Shown piece by piece: positions 12,601 through 25,560 of a stretch of 64,000 bases of DNA. Every line of letters starts with the position of its first letter. Position 1 is the stretch's first letter. The DNA is from Amphiscolops sp. MND2022. Taxonomy: Eukaryota. Location of the stretch: positions 81,034,001 through 81,098,000 of the forward strand of contig OZ076409.1 in the NCBI GenBank assembly GCA_964187785.1. Reading direction: 5' to 3'. Position numbers and translations under genes: made by a program. The notes under the pieces are model-generated. The model worked only from the letters and a program-made list of their open reading frames with translations, ran no database searches and was not told where the DNA came from.

Positions 12601-15188
12601 ATCAAATTATTGCAGTGCCGCTGCACATCTTGTACAAAATTAATGGCGAAAGATGTTGTCAAAGTCAAAGAGAGCATATGCAGCATCTTGCATTAATCAA
12701 TCTTAATTATGTATTCCCACACTTCGTCTAGAAAGCGGCTCTTTATGAAACTCCAAGACTGCAGAGAATCATTATATGATTTTTACACCCTCTTTGGCAG
12801 ATGTTATGAGCAATATTAACCGGTTTATGGCCATAAGCAATTTTGTAATTAGACTTTGGCGCGAAAAGAACACGCAATAGCTGTTGCGGTCATTCGTAAG
12901 ATAGGGAAGAATTTTCGAAAAATTTTGCATTTGCGACAAGTTTTAACATAATTGGATTTGAATTTAAATTAAATAAATAAAATTTAAATTAGGCTATGGA
13001 GTTGCGTGTTTTAAAACACCACTGTCTTTGATCATTTTTTGCACATATTCTATGTGAGAAAGAAAAATTACCAATTTTTTTCCAAAAGTTGACAGGTCTA
13101 AGGTCTTCTGAAATTAGAAGTGTTCTACTATAGAATTCAACTGACATTAACTTATAAATTCGTGCGTACTGTAAAGAGTTTTGTACTTTTTTTGGTTATG
13201 ACCAAAATGACACCAAAATTACCACAAAATGACACCAAAATAATCATAAATTTCCAAAAGTTTTCTATTTTACAACTTTTAATGCAGTTTTTGTAGAGTT
13301 TTCGATTTTGAAGGTTAGATTATACAAAAAATTCAATTATGAAAAAACAGTTATTAATACAGGACGTTTTTTGAAAACAACTCCGATTAGTTTTATTTAA
13401 AAGTGTCTCAAAATGATCCCAATTTGCCTAGGGACTTTCCAAAATGTGACATTTTTGGTTTTTTTGTGAACCATTTTTGATGTTTCGAAAGGCCAGGTCG
13501 TCCCGCGAGTTCAACAACGAACCAGCTGTCTATTCCATATGCTGGTTCGAAGAACAATGCAATTTTTAGTTGAAGAAATGCCTTAACATTACTCGAAGAA
13601 TGTTAGAAGTTGACTTTTTGACTACTTCATACAATATTTGTAATATTTTTGAAAATTTCGAAAGATTCAATCATTCACAGAGTTCGACGACGAAACAATC
13701 ATCTTGTTCGCTCTTACGATGAACAATTTGGAGTCTAGATGAAGGTGCCTTAAAGACAACAAAAAATTTCGTTTTTTTGACTAAAAGGTAGCTTTTTTGT
13801 AGTTTTTGAATTCTTATAAGGTTCAGAAGAGAAGAAAAAAGAAGAAAGTTGATTTCCCCAATTATGCGGGGCGGGCGCTATGCTTTACTTTCCTAAGTCG
13901 TCTCCCTTTTTCGGGCACTATCTCCTCATAGCAAGCCAATTTACCATCTTTGCCCACAAGTGGCCAAACTGTGGTTTCAAAGTGACCTGCTCAAAGTCTG
14001 ACTGCTCACAGTTGCTCTTTTTGTCATTGATCACTAAGCTAGAGATGAAATACTTGCTTAAGGTCCAACAATGATGATTTGAGAGTGTTTTGAACCTGAT
14101 ACCGCCCTAGTACAGGTCGAATGCTCTATGGACATTAATAGAGACATTAATTTTGAGACATTAATAGCAAATATGGTACTATAGCTTGCAATGGGAAGAT
14201 AGTATCCGAAAATGGACACCGACTTAGAAACATAGAACAGCGTAATAAGTGTGAGCATGTTGTAGTAGTTATAATTATAACAACTACACCACGCTCACAC
14301 CTAATAAGCTGTTCTATTTTTCTAAGTCGGTGCCCATTTTTGCATGCCCATGTTTTCCGATATTCTTTTGTTTTTATAGGTTTCAATATCCATTCAGTAC
14401 AGTCTTGGATACAAAGCATTTTTAGGCGTAACATGTCACAATATGAATGATCTTTCAACAGATAACTAAAATTCTTCTGTTTTTACACTAATATTGGATT
14501 GCCACACTGTACAACCTTTTTGGCGTTCTTCTGAACGGACTGACCCCGAAAACCAAATTCCACAAAAATTGCGTATTCCAAAATAAGTTATTAAGTATAG
14601 CCTTAAAGCTTCCCATCAGGACCAGCGTTTCGGAAAAATTCAAAGATCTGAAAATTGGAACAGTATTTGAGTACCATGTCTACGAGATTCTCAAGTTTTC
14701 GCTTAAGCAGATACGAAATGGTTTGAAACTCATGGCATTGGAACTCAAAACAAAAAACAAGAAATAGAAGTCTAAACATTTGGAATCTCCCTACAGAAAA
14801 AGATAGGCTTCGTGTGCAATAATACTCTTCAATACCTCGCGCAAGTGAGTGTTTTACCTACTGACGAATTGATAAGCAAAATGGACAATTTTTTTCCAAA
14901 ATTTCTACCACCAAGTTGCAGATCTTTCCGTTTTTGATAATGGTGAATTAATTGAACTCATTTACAATAAAAAGTTTTTTGCTGGATAGATAGAAACTGT
15001 TGATTAAAAGTCGATCTCTAACACACTCAAAAAAGTAAAAAACAATGAATACAAAAAACTGTTTCAAAAGGTTTCTCTCGAAAAAAGCCTCAGTGCTTAT
15101 GAGAAGCCTTTTCAGGGGCTATATTAATTTTACGTTTGTACTTGTATGTTTAAATTTCTATACGATTTTATATAAATATATCTAAATA
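9672..15188. repeat. Tandem segmental duplication, copy B
   Basis: Collinear with 1650-7176; ends in a TA-rich tract just before the LTR element. Confidence 0.95.
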
Positions 15189-15251
15189 ATATAATATAAA
15201 TATTTATATATATAATCTATAGTGCACCCTGATAAATTCAATTATTGTTAT

Positions 15252-15504
15252 TGTTCTCTATCTTGGATGGAGTATGAAATCATTTTGGAACTAAGGCTTT
15301 TTCTCTGGTATACAATCTGTCAATGTATGATCTAAAGTCTGACTATCTATCAAATGATATAGATAAAGCACAATACGGTAGTATGGTATTTACAAACCGA
15401 CGGCATCATTTGAATCTAAATTGTTTGACTAGTCTTTTGATCGGAACAAGTTTGAATGTCAATGTCACCGTAAGATTCGGTATTTGTAGTTCCAGCGTAA
15501 AACA
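15252..15504 (-). repeat. 3' LTR of the degenerate gypsy element
   Basis: Plus strand runs tgttctctatcttgg...gcgtaaaaca, homologous to 20663-~20990; flanked by PPT-like AGTGGGGAAA (minus strand, 15505-15514). Confidence 0.8.
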
Positions 15505-16149
15505 TTTCCCCACTAGTGGGTCCTCCTCCGCTTACATTCTTTCTGGGAAGTGGTTGTGGGGTTCCTTTTCTATTGTTCCATTTGTCGCCTGTAACATTTT
15601 AATTTTATTAACTCATACCCAAAATGTCGGGTGTATTTAACCGCCCCCACGTATCAACTCGGTTGTTTGCTTTCATGGTTGAACCGTCTAACATTGTTAT
15701 CAGTTATTATATTTTCTCTTTTCATCTCACCCGTATTCAATTCGCCATCCGTGAAGATTGCCCTGAAGGTTTACTTCGTCTTCGGTGACGTTGTTTTTGG
15801 ATGTCGGTTTTTTGGAGTTATTGTACCTCCGGTCTTCAGTGCTGCTATTCTCCCTTTCTGAAATGCAATTGGACCCGAAATGAAATTTCAGTGAATTGTT
15901 TTTCCGGTATCGGTGGTTACGTTGTGTTCCGTACCTACTACTGCCGTTTGAAACAGTTTCTGGAATCTACAATCAAGTGATTTCTTGTTATGTTTTTTTC
16001 CGAAGAATTGGAAACGATAATTACTTACCGAACCTCTTCTTTTTCGGTGACTTTTCAGCTATAGTTTTTTCTTCACTTTTTGTGCGGGCAATAATGATGT
16101 GGTTTGATACCTTACCTCCCCGTCTCCATTCCTGGTAACGTAGATGGGT

Positions 16150-19100
16150 CTCTTCGGTCAGTTATTTGCTGAACTAAACATTTCCGACCAATTAGAAAGA
16201 AATGATTGTTCGGTTTTCATTACAATTGTTAGTTCGGTTCCTGGTTTGCGACCGTGATGTAATTCAAACGGTGTGAATTTCAGTCTCGTAAGTATTGTAA
16301 ATCGCATTGCGTTTAATGATCTGTTTACACATTTGGTCAAGCATTAATTGTCTTGAAATTTAGCGATGAAAAAATTGTTCAATGTTTGTGTTGCGCGTTC
16401 TACTACTCACGTACCGGCATGTAGTCTCGATGTGCTATATTCGATCTGAATAATTTTCGATTTCCACAAATCTTTATATTCTTTGGAAAAAAATGCTCCG
16501 CCTTAGTCCGTTTTTATTTTCTCCGGGAGTCCAAATGAAATGAAGTGTTGTTCTTTTGTTTCCGTTGATTTACAAATCTTTACGGTTTGCCATTTGCTAA
16601 ATCTGCCGATAAGGATTAAAGTTTGGTGTTCTTCATTTAAATTTCTGTGGTTTAAATTTCCGGAAAAATCAATCGGACTTTCTTGTCCCGGTTCGGTAAT
16701 TGTTTTTTTTCCGAAACTACTTTTCGGTATTTGGTCATTTAGATTCCTACCCGAGGCCGTGCAGGCCACGCAGTTTTTGGTTTTGACGTGTTCGGCCACC
16801 AGAACATTTTGGCTTCGGCTGAGATCTTTGTGGCTCAGGTATGTCTGAAATGGAATGTGTCCAGCAGTTTTCTCCTCAGATCTGTCGGTACCACTATCGG
16901 GTCTTCATTAAATGTCAGTCCCCACTTGTTCGATAGTTTTTCAAATACTGGTCGGTGTGGTTTTGGGGCAGTGTTTTTCTCGGCTCGTCTCATTGCGTCT
17001 TTAACCTGGTTCAGTTCGGCTAAGATTTGGTAGGCTTTGCGATAAGTGTTCTGAAGTCGAGCATAGAATTGAACTCGGCCGTCTTGATCGCATGATACCG
17101 TGGCCTTTTCATTCCCCACCATTTTGTCGACGACTTGGTTTATCTGTATGAATTAGGCCTCTTTTCCTTCTGTGGTATACGCTTTCAAGTCCACAATCGA
17201 GAATTGTCCCCACTTATTATTTGCTTTTGCCCTCACTTTCTGGTTTGTTTTCTTCTTCTATGGTCTGGTCTCCGGTTGTTGCTGGTTGTTGTTACTGTTG
17301 TCAAGAATTTAATCTTCTACTATTCGGTCGTTCAATGGTTGGTTGCCTCCACCGAATTGGTTTGCCCGTGATAACAATGTGCCGTCGATCGCGGCGATTT
17401 CTTCGCAGCTTCTTTTGTTCGGTCTGGAGGGGACCCAGATTTGTCGTTGTGCGCTCGTGTCGAATTTGCGACGCATTGTGCCTTGTCTCGACAGTTATAA
17501 TCTCCTTTCCACTAGCCTGAGTGTTTCCGGGCTCTTCCTTCTCCGTCTGATGATCTCCATGATCTCGGCAGTTGCGCCTCAACGGAAGTAATCTCGGTTC
17601 ATTTCTTTCCTAAATAGTGGTAAGTAGTTTGAATCCGAATTTGAATTTAAATTCATATTTAAGCTTTGAATTTTACTTTCCGGTTTGAACTTTCTTCGGC
17701 GTTTGGTCAATGCAAATTTCGCTTGATATCATTTTTTATTCACTTCTCCGGTTTTTCTCGAATGTTCTATTACGTTTTGATTGGTTATCGCTTTTTGTTT
17801 CGTTTCTTTCCGGTAAGTTTTGTGATTGGTCGACGAATAGCGATCCGTATTTGATGCTTAATTCGGCTTGTTCTGAAAGGATGTTAATTACATATTGCTC
17901 ATCGTATACGTCTTTGGTCGTTGCGATCTCTACCGGACTTCTGCTCAAGAAATCGGTAAACTTTAAATTGCTACAGGCGATGTGTCGTATCAATGTGCGC
18001 GCGTCGGTCTAGCCATCTAGTTAGTTTTGCGCTACACTGTCGGTTGCAACGGTTTCCTTTAATCAGTGTTCCAAGTGCTTGATGGTCTGTATATAGAAAG
18101 ACTTGCTTTCCGTGTAAATAAAATCGGCATTTTTTTAGGCCCCGCCCAACTGCCAAAATTTCTAGGTCCCCTATTGCGTAATTCTGTTCGTTTTCGTATA
18201 AACATTTACTACCGAATGCTTTTGGTTTCAATTCTCCATCCGACTGTTTCTGCCATAGTGTAGTTCGAAGTCCTGTTTTGCATGCATCAGTTATTACAAT
18301 GTTATCTCTGTCTTTTGCGTAGTGGGCCCAGCAGGGTTCTTCGGTCAGCAATTTCTTTATAGTTTTGAAATCTACATCTTGATTTTCCCCAGTTCCATTT
18401 AGAGTCTTTCTTTAAGAGTTTTCGGAGTCTTTCAGTTCTTTTGGATAGTCTCGGTGTAAACTTTGCGAGGTACTGCATTGCGTCGAGAAATGATTTCAGT
18501 TGTTTTTGATTTTCCGGGTGTTTGAGTTCCAGTATTGCAGTTACTTTTTCTGGGTTCAGTTCGATTCCCGTTTCGTCAATTTTGTGTCCCAACCATTTGG
18601 TTTTATTGAGGAAGAATTCGAATTTCATTTCGCTTGCTCGGTATCCTGCATTTTCTAGTTTTTTTCAGTACATCAAATAATATTTTCTCGTGTTCTGTCC
18701 GGTTTCCTCTTGTGACCAGTAATTTGTCGTCTAACAAAGCCGGTGTGGAGTATCCTAGGGCTCGGTCAATTTTTTCCTGAATTGTCGTTGGGATATCGGC
18801 AAGACCGTAAAATCCTTTTTTGAGTCGATAATATCCGCTAAAATTGCCTCTGGTTCTTGCAAAGACGCATTGTCGGCTTGTCTCTTTTGATAGTTTCATT
18901 TGGCCATGTGCGTAAGCCAGGTCACTTTTTGATATCATCAGTTCTTTTGTTCGGTCTCTCGTAATTTCTACCGAATTCTGGTTCAATAATTCTTTCATAT
19001 TCGGCTTGTGAGGTCTGAATTTTAGGCAACTGTCATTTAAGTTTCTTCGAGTCTAGTAGAAACTCCACCGTTTTATCAATTTTTACGGTGATTACTACCG

Positions 19101-20635
19101 GCAAAACAAAGCAATCTTCGTCCACATGTTTTACTTTTTCTATATGTCCAGTTTTTATCAGTTTGTCTAATTCTTTGCCGACTTCTTCTTGTAAACGTAG
19201 AGGGATAGGTCTTGCTTGCTGTTTCACCGGATAGTGTCCCGGGTTTATTTGGATGTTAATTTCGGCATCTTTTATTGTTGTGTTGTTTTTGAATAAATCC
19301 ATTAACTTTCTGATCACTCGTTTCTTTTCTGATTGGTTGTTCGGATGTTTCTGATTGTTAAGTTATAATTCTTCATCCGTTACCAGTAGTGGCGTTATGT
19401 CATCTCTTTGATAAATAGAAAATTAATATTTGCATTTTGTGGTTGTTGTTATCGTATTCAATGTCCGTTGGTATTTATCCTCGGAATTTCACTTCGTTTT
19501 TGTTTACATCTTGGTACCGATATTTTGCTATCTGGATTTCGGTTTTATTCAGTTTGTTTTCATCCTTTTCATCCGCTGTCATCGTTGAAATTGGTGATCC
19601 GATAACGACTATGAATTCCTTCTCAAAGCCGTTCACTCTCACTTTTGCTGTCAGGTATGTGTTTCTGTCGGTGATTCAAATTATCTTTTCAATTCTGTAG
19701 GTACTCGATTCTGATTCGTCGGATTCTCCGCCAAATCCTGTTGTTTCTTCCTCGTTTACATTTCACACTTAAAGTTTGTAAATCTCTTTCTGTCTACATA
19801 CTCTGGCAAAATGTCCTCTCTTAACGCAATTGTTGCAGAGTTTATCCAATGCCGGGCAATTATGAGTTGGGTTCCAGTTCGGTGCGTTATGAAATTTGCA
19901 AGATTTGTTATTTATCATTCTGTTTTTTGGTCTTGTTCCAAATCGTTCCATTTTTTGTTTTGGTTCTTCTTTTAATTCTTTCTTCTTCAAGAAATTAAAT
20001 TATCCGTTATTGTGTTTTTCCGGTTCTTCCTTTCGTATGTGTTCTGTTTGATCATTTCAATCTGTTTTCTTCAGCTTGAGGTTCTTTTCTTTCATTAGGT
20101 TGTCTCGGAGTTTTGTATCCGTAATTGCTGTCATGAGTTTTGAGATAAGTAAGTCTTCGGCTGTAATTCGTTCAAATGCACTTTTCTTTTCAATTTTTAT
20201 CAGTCTCCGCCAGATATCGTCGGGTGTTTCTGTTTCGGTCTGTCTTGTCCAAAAGAATTTTCCACGGTTGTGATACGAATTTCGTTTTGGTAAGAAGTAT
20301 TGATTAAATAGTCGGATCAGATCTTTCACCGCTTTTTTGTCCGGTTTGGTTTTGAATTCTGCCAGTGTCATTTAGTACAATGCTTCGAGGCCTATGCCCC
20401 ATATGAATTCTTCTTGTATTCCCGTTTCTTTATTGGTCAAACCGTTTCGTGTCATGTCGGCTCCCCGTGTCAGTTCGGTAATGTCGATTTTATATTTTCT
20501 CTTCATGTATTGCCGAAATCTTTCGAGCCGTTGTTTCGGTGTAAAAATTCGTTTTCCGTCTGATGTGGCCTCGAAATTCGGTAGGTCGATTTGTATGGTT
20601 TCTGTTGTCATCTTCTCGGTTTCGGTAAAATTCAA
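16150..20635 (-). pseudogene. pol: Fragmented gag-pol of the degenerate gypsy element
   Basis: Many stops and frameshifts; ORF fragments 20372-20635, 20057-20371, 19769-19990, 19033-19317, 18603-18998, 18302-18628, 17971-18351, 16835-17122, 16503-16799 and 16158-16340 carry Gag, RT, RH and IN motifs. Confidence 0.9.
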
Positions 20636-20648
20636 TGGGTGTTTAAAA

Positions 20649-20662
20649 TGCTGACTACACCA
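20649..20662 (-). promoter_or_regulatory. Primer binding site, tRNA-Ser-like
   Basis: TGGTGTAGTCAGCA lies directly after the LTR end ...GAACA; resembles the complement of eukaryotic tRNA-Ser 3' ends (TGGCGTAGTCGGCA) with wobble-compatible changes. Confidence 0.7.
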
Positions 20663-20994
20663 TGTTCTATATCTTGAGTGGAATATGAAAATAGGTTTGA
20701 ACTAAGACTTTTTCTCTGGTATACAATCTGTTAAAGTACGATCTAATGTTTAACTAATTGATCCAACTAAAAATCAAATGATATAGATAAAGCATAATAC
20801 GATAGTATGGTATTTGCAAACAGAAAGCATCATTTGAATCCAAATTGTTTGACTAGTCTTTTGATCGGAACAAGTTTCATTGACAGTGTCACCGTAAGAT
20901 TCGGTATCGGTATTTTGATAGGACTGAACGACTGCTTTGTTCGGATTCCCTGATCCACATACCTGCTGTTCCAGCGCACCAGCGAGGTATCGCA
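20663..20994 (-). repeat. 5' LTR of the degenerate gypsy element (right boundary approximate)
   Basis: tgttctatatcttg...gtcaccgtaagattcggtat...gttccagcg is shared with 15252-15504; abuts the PBS. Confidence 0.75.
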
Positions 20995-21341
20995 TTTTTT
21001 AACAACTCTTTTAATCAAAAGAAAAGACCGTTCATTATTCTGTTTGGGAACTAAAAGTTGCACCCAATTCGATGTGCGTTTTTGATCAAGAAAGTTTCAT
21101 AGCGGTATACAAATTATGAAAAATTAATTGTTTCACCTACCCGCTATTTTTTGGGTAGTATGGTTAATGATCTTAATTCCAAAATTTTCCATTTTGTTAC
21201 GTTTTTCTACGATTTTTCAGTTCTTCTATCTCGGATACCATGTAAAGTAGACGACCTCAATAGCGAGAATGATAAATAGAAAGAAGACGCCCTGATTGTA
21301 CTTTACCACAGTAATAGGTGCTGTTTCCGATGGCTAGCTTC

Positions 21342-21414
21342 GAGGATTTTGAATGGTTTGAAAAAGTATCAAGTAGACCCTACTTGATACTTTTTCAAAC
21401 CATTCAAAATCCTC
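21342..21414. repeat. Perfect 35-bp inverted repeat with a 3-nt loop
   Basis: gaggattttgaatggtttgaaaaagtatcaagtag-acc-ctacttgatactttttcaaaccattcaaaatcctc. Confidence 0.95.
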
Positions 21415-24400
21415 AAAAGCTTTCATTCGAAGCCTTTTTGAATTTTCCTTATTTTGATACATTGTTTTAAGTTCTCACGAACCACACTACGTTTTTAACC
21501 CTCAGCTAATGGATGTTCGAGATTATCAACCTTGACCGGTTGTTCTTGGCTGAATTGTTTTGATGTTTTTAAAAAACTGATTTGTGGCTTCTATTGGTAT
21601 GTAACTTCTCCCAAATCAAAGGAGCACTAGCTGAAGCTTCAGCTTGAGTGTTCTTCAATGTTTCCAGCAAAAGATATGAGTCATTTGATCTCAAACATTG
21701 CACACATACATGTACATGACATGGTTTTTAATAAAGATTCCGTTGAATAAACGAGACAGTTAATGAAGGTCTTCTCGGATACAAAGTCATGCGTTAGAAC
21801 GCGGTTTCTCCCGTTTCTGATTTCAACCGGCAATTTTTGATTTTTTTGACGAATTGTTTCAGATGAGAGTTTCAGACAAATTATCAGATGAGATTTAATT
21901 TTTGTTTGTTGGATTTGCTCATTAATTTCACTGTGCGCAATATTTTGAACTAATAAGGAGAAGTTACGCCTTACGGGAGTCTAGTATTATACTTTAGAAC
22001 TTTTAATGGAAAAAACAGGATGGGAGGTTTTGTTTGAAGAAACTGCTTCTAGAACGATAAATTCGGAAAGTATTGGTTTCAGTTAAATTTCAATGAAAGT
22101 GTTTTCGAAAATTTGCATAATGTCTTCTCATTCCAAACAAAATACATTGTTCGAAAAATGGCATTTCTCAGAGTTCTGCTTACTTAAAAAAAAAATCAAA
22201 CAAATGCATGATATAGCGAACGCTCCAGTTTTTGTCGAACTTACGGTTTCCATTATAAAATCATTATTTTTTCATAAACATAATACTTTTTTCCATTCGG
22301 GCGGATTTTTTTCCAAAAAACTGTATTGATAGAATCATACGATAGAACCTACGCACTTGCAAACAAAAATATCGATTTCTATGAGATGCATGAAAAAGAT
22401 GGATGCAGATCAAAAAGAATGAATTCTCAAATTGTCCTGGCTCCAAAATTATGAAACTCACCTACATGAATAAATTAAACATGATTCGAAACTTGATTTA
22501 AAATATTCATTTAGAAGCTTTTTCCATTGAAACAAAGTTTCACTGTCAGTTTGATCGGAGGTCAGAGAACCAATAATATTCGTTGTTCAAAAGCATGAAG
22601 AAAAATTTTAGATTTAATTCTTTTATTGCAATCTCATTAGTATGTTGAATCCTTACTGAAACATGAAACAAGGTACATACAGTCTTATGTATTGATTTGA
22701 TAACGGTTCCGCCTGAAGCAATTGATGAAAGTGAGACAAGATACAAGAAGCAAATATGAAGCCTGTCAGTCATTTTTTAATGAGCTGTCGGAACTGTGAG
22801 ATCGTTTTTGATTTCAACCATTTTCAGCCAAGTCGACTCCAAAATTAAGGTTTCTTTTATGGAAGTTGTCTTTGATGTTACGCAACAATTTAAACAAAGA
22901 TTTTGCTGGAAAATCCATTTTTAACTGAGGTCGACATAACATTTTCACATAAATGGTAACAAAAATTATTGAATGTTGCAGCTGTGAAAAACCGCATCTT
23001 TTAAAAGTAAGTGAGCATTTTTGATTATTTGAAATGTTTCTTCGAGAAACATGAGAGTCGCAGTGATTGAAATTACAACTCTCATTGTTAAACCTCATGC
23101 TATTCAGCTATTGAAATGCGTCACCGTAAATTAAATAAACTTGGATTTCGATTTATGAAAAAATATATACGTTGAGTCACCCGGGTTGACCTGGCATGTA
23201 GTTCATACATTGCTTCCATGTGAGGAAAGTAGTTGCCATAAATTTAGAAAAAAACATTCTATACTCCTGCTATGCTCATACTGCAATGATCATGTTTTTA
23301 AAATCATTGTATGACATGCATGTTTTCTTTAAATGGTAAAATGGGTAATATATTCAAAGTCTTTCAATGTATCCGTTGTTGATTCCGGAAGCGAAAATGG
23401 TAGTAGGATTGCCGGTTCCGCCTTCAGTTTACTCCCAATAAGAACGTTACTATTGGAACGTTTTTGCGATAAGCAACCCATTTTACCTATCAAACTATTT
23501 GAATGACAATACAATGGTTTTGCAAAACAGACCGTTCAAAGTAGCATGTGATTGTAAACAAACTCCCTTGAAAGGTGATTCAAATTTACAACGAAAATTT
23601 AATTTGAAAGAGAGTGAACGGGAGAACAAGCCCACAACTCGATTCTATTACGTCTTGAAGTGTTTTCTAGTTCTAGTATTCTCAAAATTTGCAGGGGAAG
23701 TCAACTCGAATATTGAAGCAAAAAAACGTCAAAGGAAATCTCACTTTTCACTTTTCGGACGTTGCTGCTCTGCCTATCAACAGTTTTGAGAGACGCAAAA
23801 AAGTCCAAAAAGTGCTTCAGTTCAAATTTTCTTCACTGCATTGGCCTTTTTTCAATCAAAACGCCCGTTGAGCAGCGGGTTTTCCCGCCTCAAACTTTTT
23901 TAGCTAATACATTTTAGCTTGACAAAACGAACCTGCAAAAACGATGACACTAAATTTTTTTTGATACTCTCCAGTTCATTATTTAGCTACTCGGTTAACC
24001 AGTTTAGTAGAGGCCGAAAAAGTAGTTGCGCTTGTCAAAAAAGGCAAGCAACCACATACTATCGCCTCGGTAACATTTCTTCAACAAAATGGTCAAGCGA
24101 TGGTCTGCGATGATTTGAAAGTAACTTGCCCAAGTTCAGAACGTTCTGATTGCTTGGCATCGCTCTTTTCACGTTTGCTTTTTCCATCAAACTTCCCCAT
24201 GCCACTAAGCTAGTGAAGCCGAATTTTCTCAGAACTCAACAGTCGTAAGTTGACAGAAAGTTCAACATCGATTACGCACCAACACATGCCTATTAGTCCA
24301 ACCCCTCCACTACGATCCTCAAAAACGGGAGCATTTAAGATTTCTTGATTCTTTTGAAACTTTTTTGTTATTTCTTTTCGAAGTGCCCTTTTTCACTCAT

Positions 24401-25274
24401 TTTGTTACTCAATTATGTTAAGTAGCTTAAAATCAATTAATCAATTGATCTCTTTAACTTTCGAGATCTTGATACCTCAGAAATATCCAATAATTGAACA
24501 AATACTGCAATAGGGTTTTGAAAATTGAACTTTTGTGTCATGTAAAATTTTTTACAGAATATCTTCAAATTTCTTCAACTAAAAACGATAGCTGAACGTT
24601 TTGTCTCTGAATTCTTTGGATTGTCTTATCCTCGAAAACGTTCAAGTTTGGGACAAGAACTATGAAACTGTCGAAAAGTGAATATTTCGACATCGCTCCG
24701 TTTATTTAAGGCCTTTTACTGTAAAAAAGCCTAGCTGTTTGTCGCACAAAAGTATGTTTAGAAGCAAGGTGTTTCTTGATTGAACTGCCTGGATATTCTA
24801 ATCCACAAAAACATGCAAGAACTATACCAAAAAAAGCACGGAGCTGTCAAAAATTAACATTTCATAGCAATTTTGCTCTATGTTGAGCACTTTGCGTCAG
24901 ATTTTTCATTTTGGAAAGTATGCTACAAAACAATCTGTGTTGGATTACTTTTATCCACTAAAAACTTGAACAAAAATTGCATAAAATTAATAAATGGAAA
25001 ATTTTTTGTGGACATTGTGGGGCCTTTCTTGGGAGAGAAAACCAGTTAAGCTTCAGTCTATAGGCCAAAGCGAATCCAAAAAAGTTCCCATTAGACTTAG
25101 GTTTTCGGCAGAAAGTTTCCCGTCGTTAAAGCCCTAGTTTTTAACATTCTATAGAAGTCAACTAGGTCAAATTGTAATAATCATACATTCACCACCATGA
25201 CATGCAATTGGACAAAACTCACTCATTTTCACACGACTGTTGGTCTAAAAGTACAAAAGAACTTGATCCTCTAT

Positions 25275-25560
25275 CTACTTGATCACGCGTTCACGCTTCC
25301 TGTGCCTCATTCTCTGAAAGTGCGATGGAAAAGGTATCGAGTGACGACTAACCCTTTGTGGATGATCATCGCCCTCTTGCGGACATTCCTCGAACTCCAG
25401 TTGGTCGTCGCTAGGCGGCAACCCAGCTTCTGGTTCGATCCTGGTCGGCTCTCTTTTGACTGGAATTAATTCTTCTTCGTCCGCTTCCTCGAAGTCTCCA
25501 GAAGGGATGCTGTTCTGTTTAATTAATTGCGACATTTCCCAGAACTGATGCCGTTCAATT
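25275..25560 (-). other. Possible orphan terminal coding exon (acidic region followed by a basic C-terminus)
   Basis: GC-richer island preceded by a possible acceptor ...ctgcaatag; reads IERHQFWEMSQLIKQNSIPSGDFEEADEEEL...RMRHRKRERVIK*; no upstream exons identified. Confidence 0.3.

Larger units (their letters stand above)
15252..20994 (-). mobile_element. Degenerate Ty3/gypsy LTR retrotransposon with short LTRs
   Basis: Two homologous LTRs, PBS and PPT; fragmented gag (CCHC knuckle CNNCVKRGHFARVC), RT (QARPIPLRLQEEV, FFLNKTKWLGH), RNase H (ITDACKTG) and integrase remnants in the order PR-RT-RH-IN. Confidence 0.92.
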
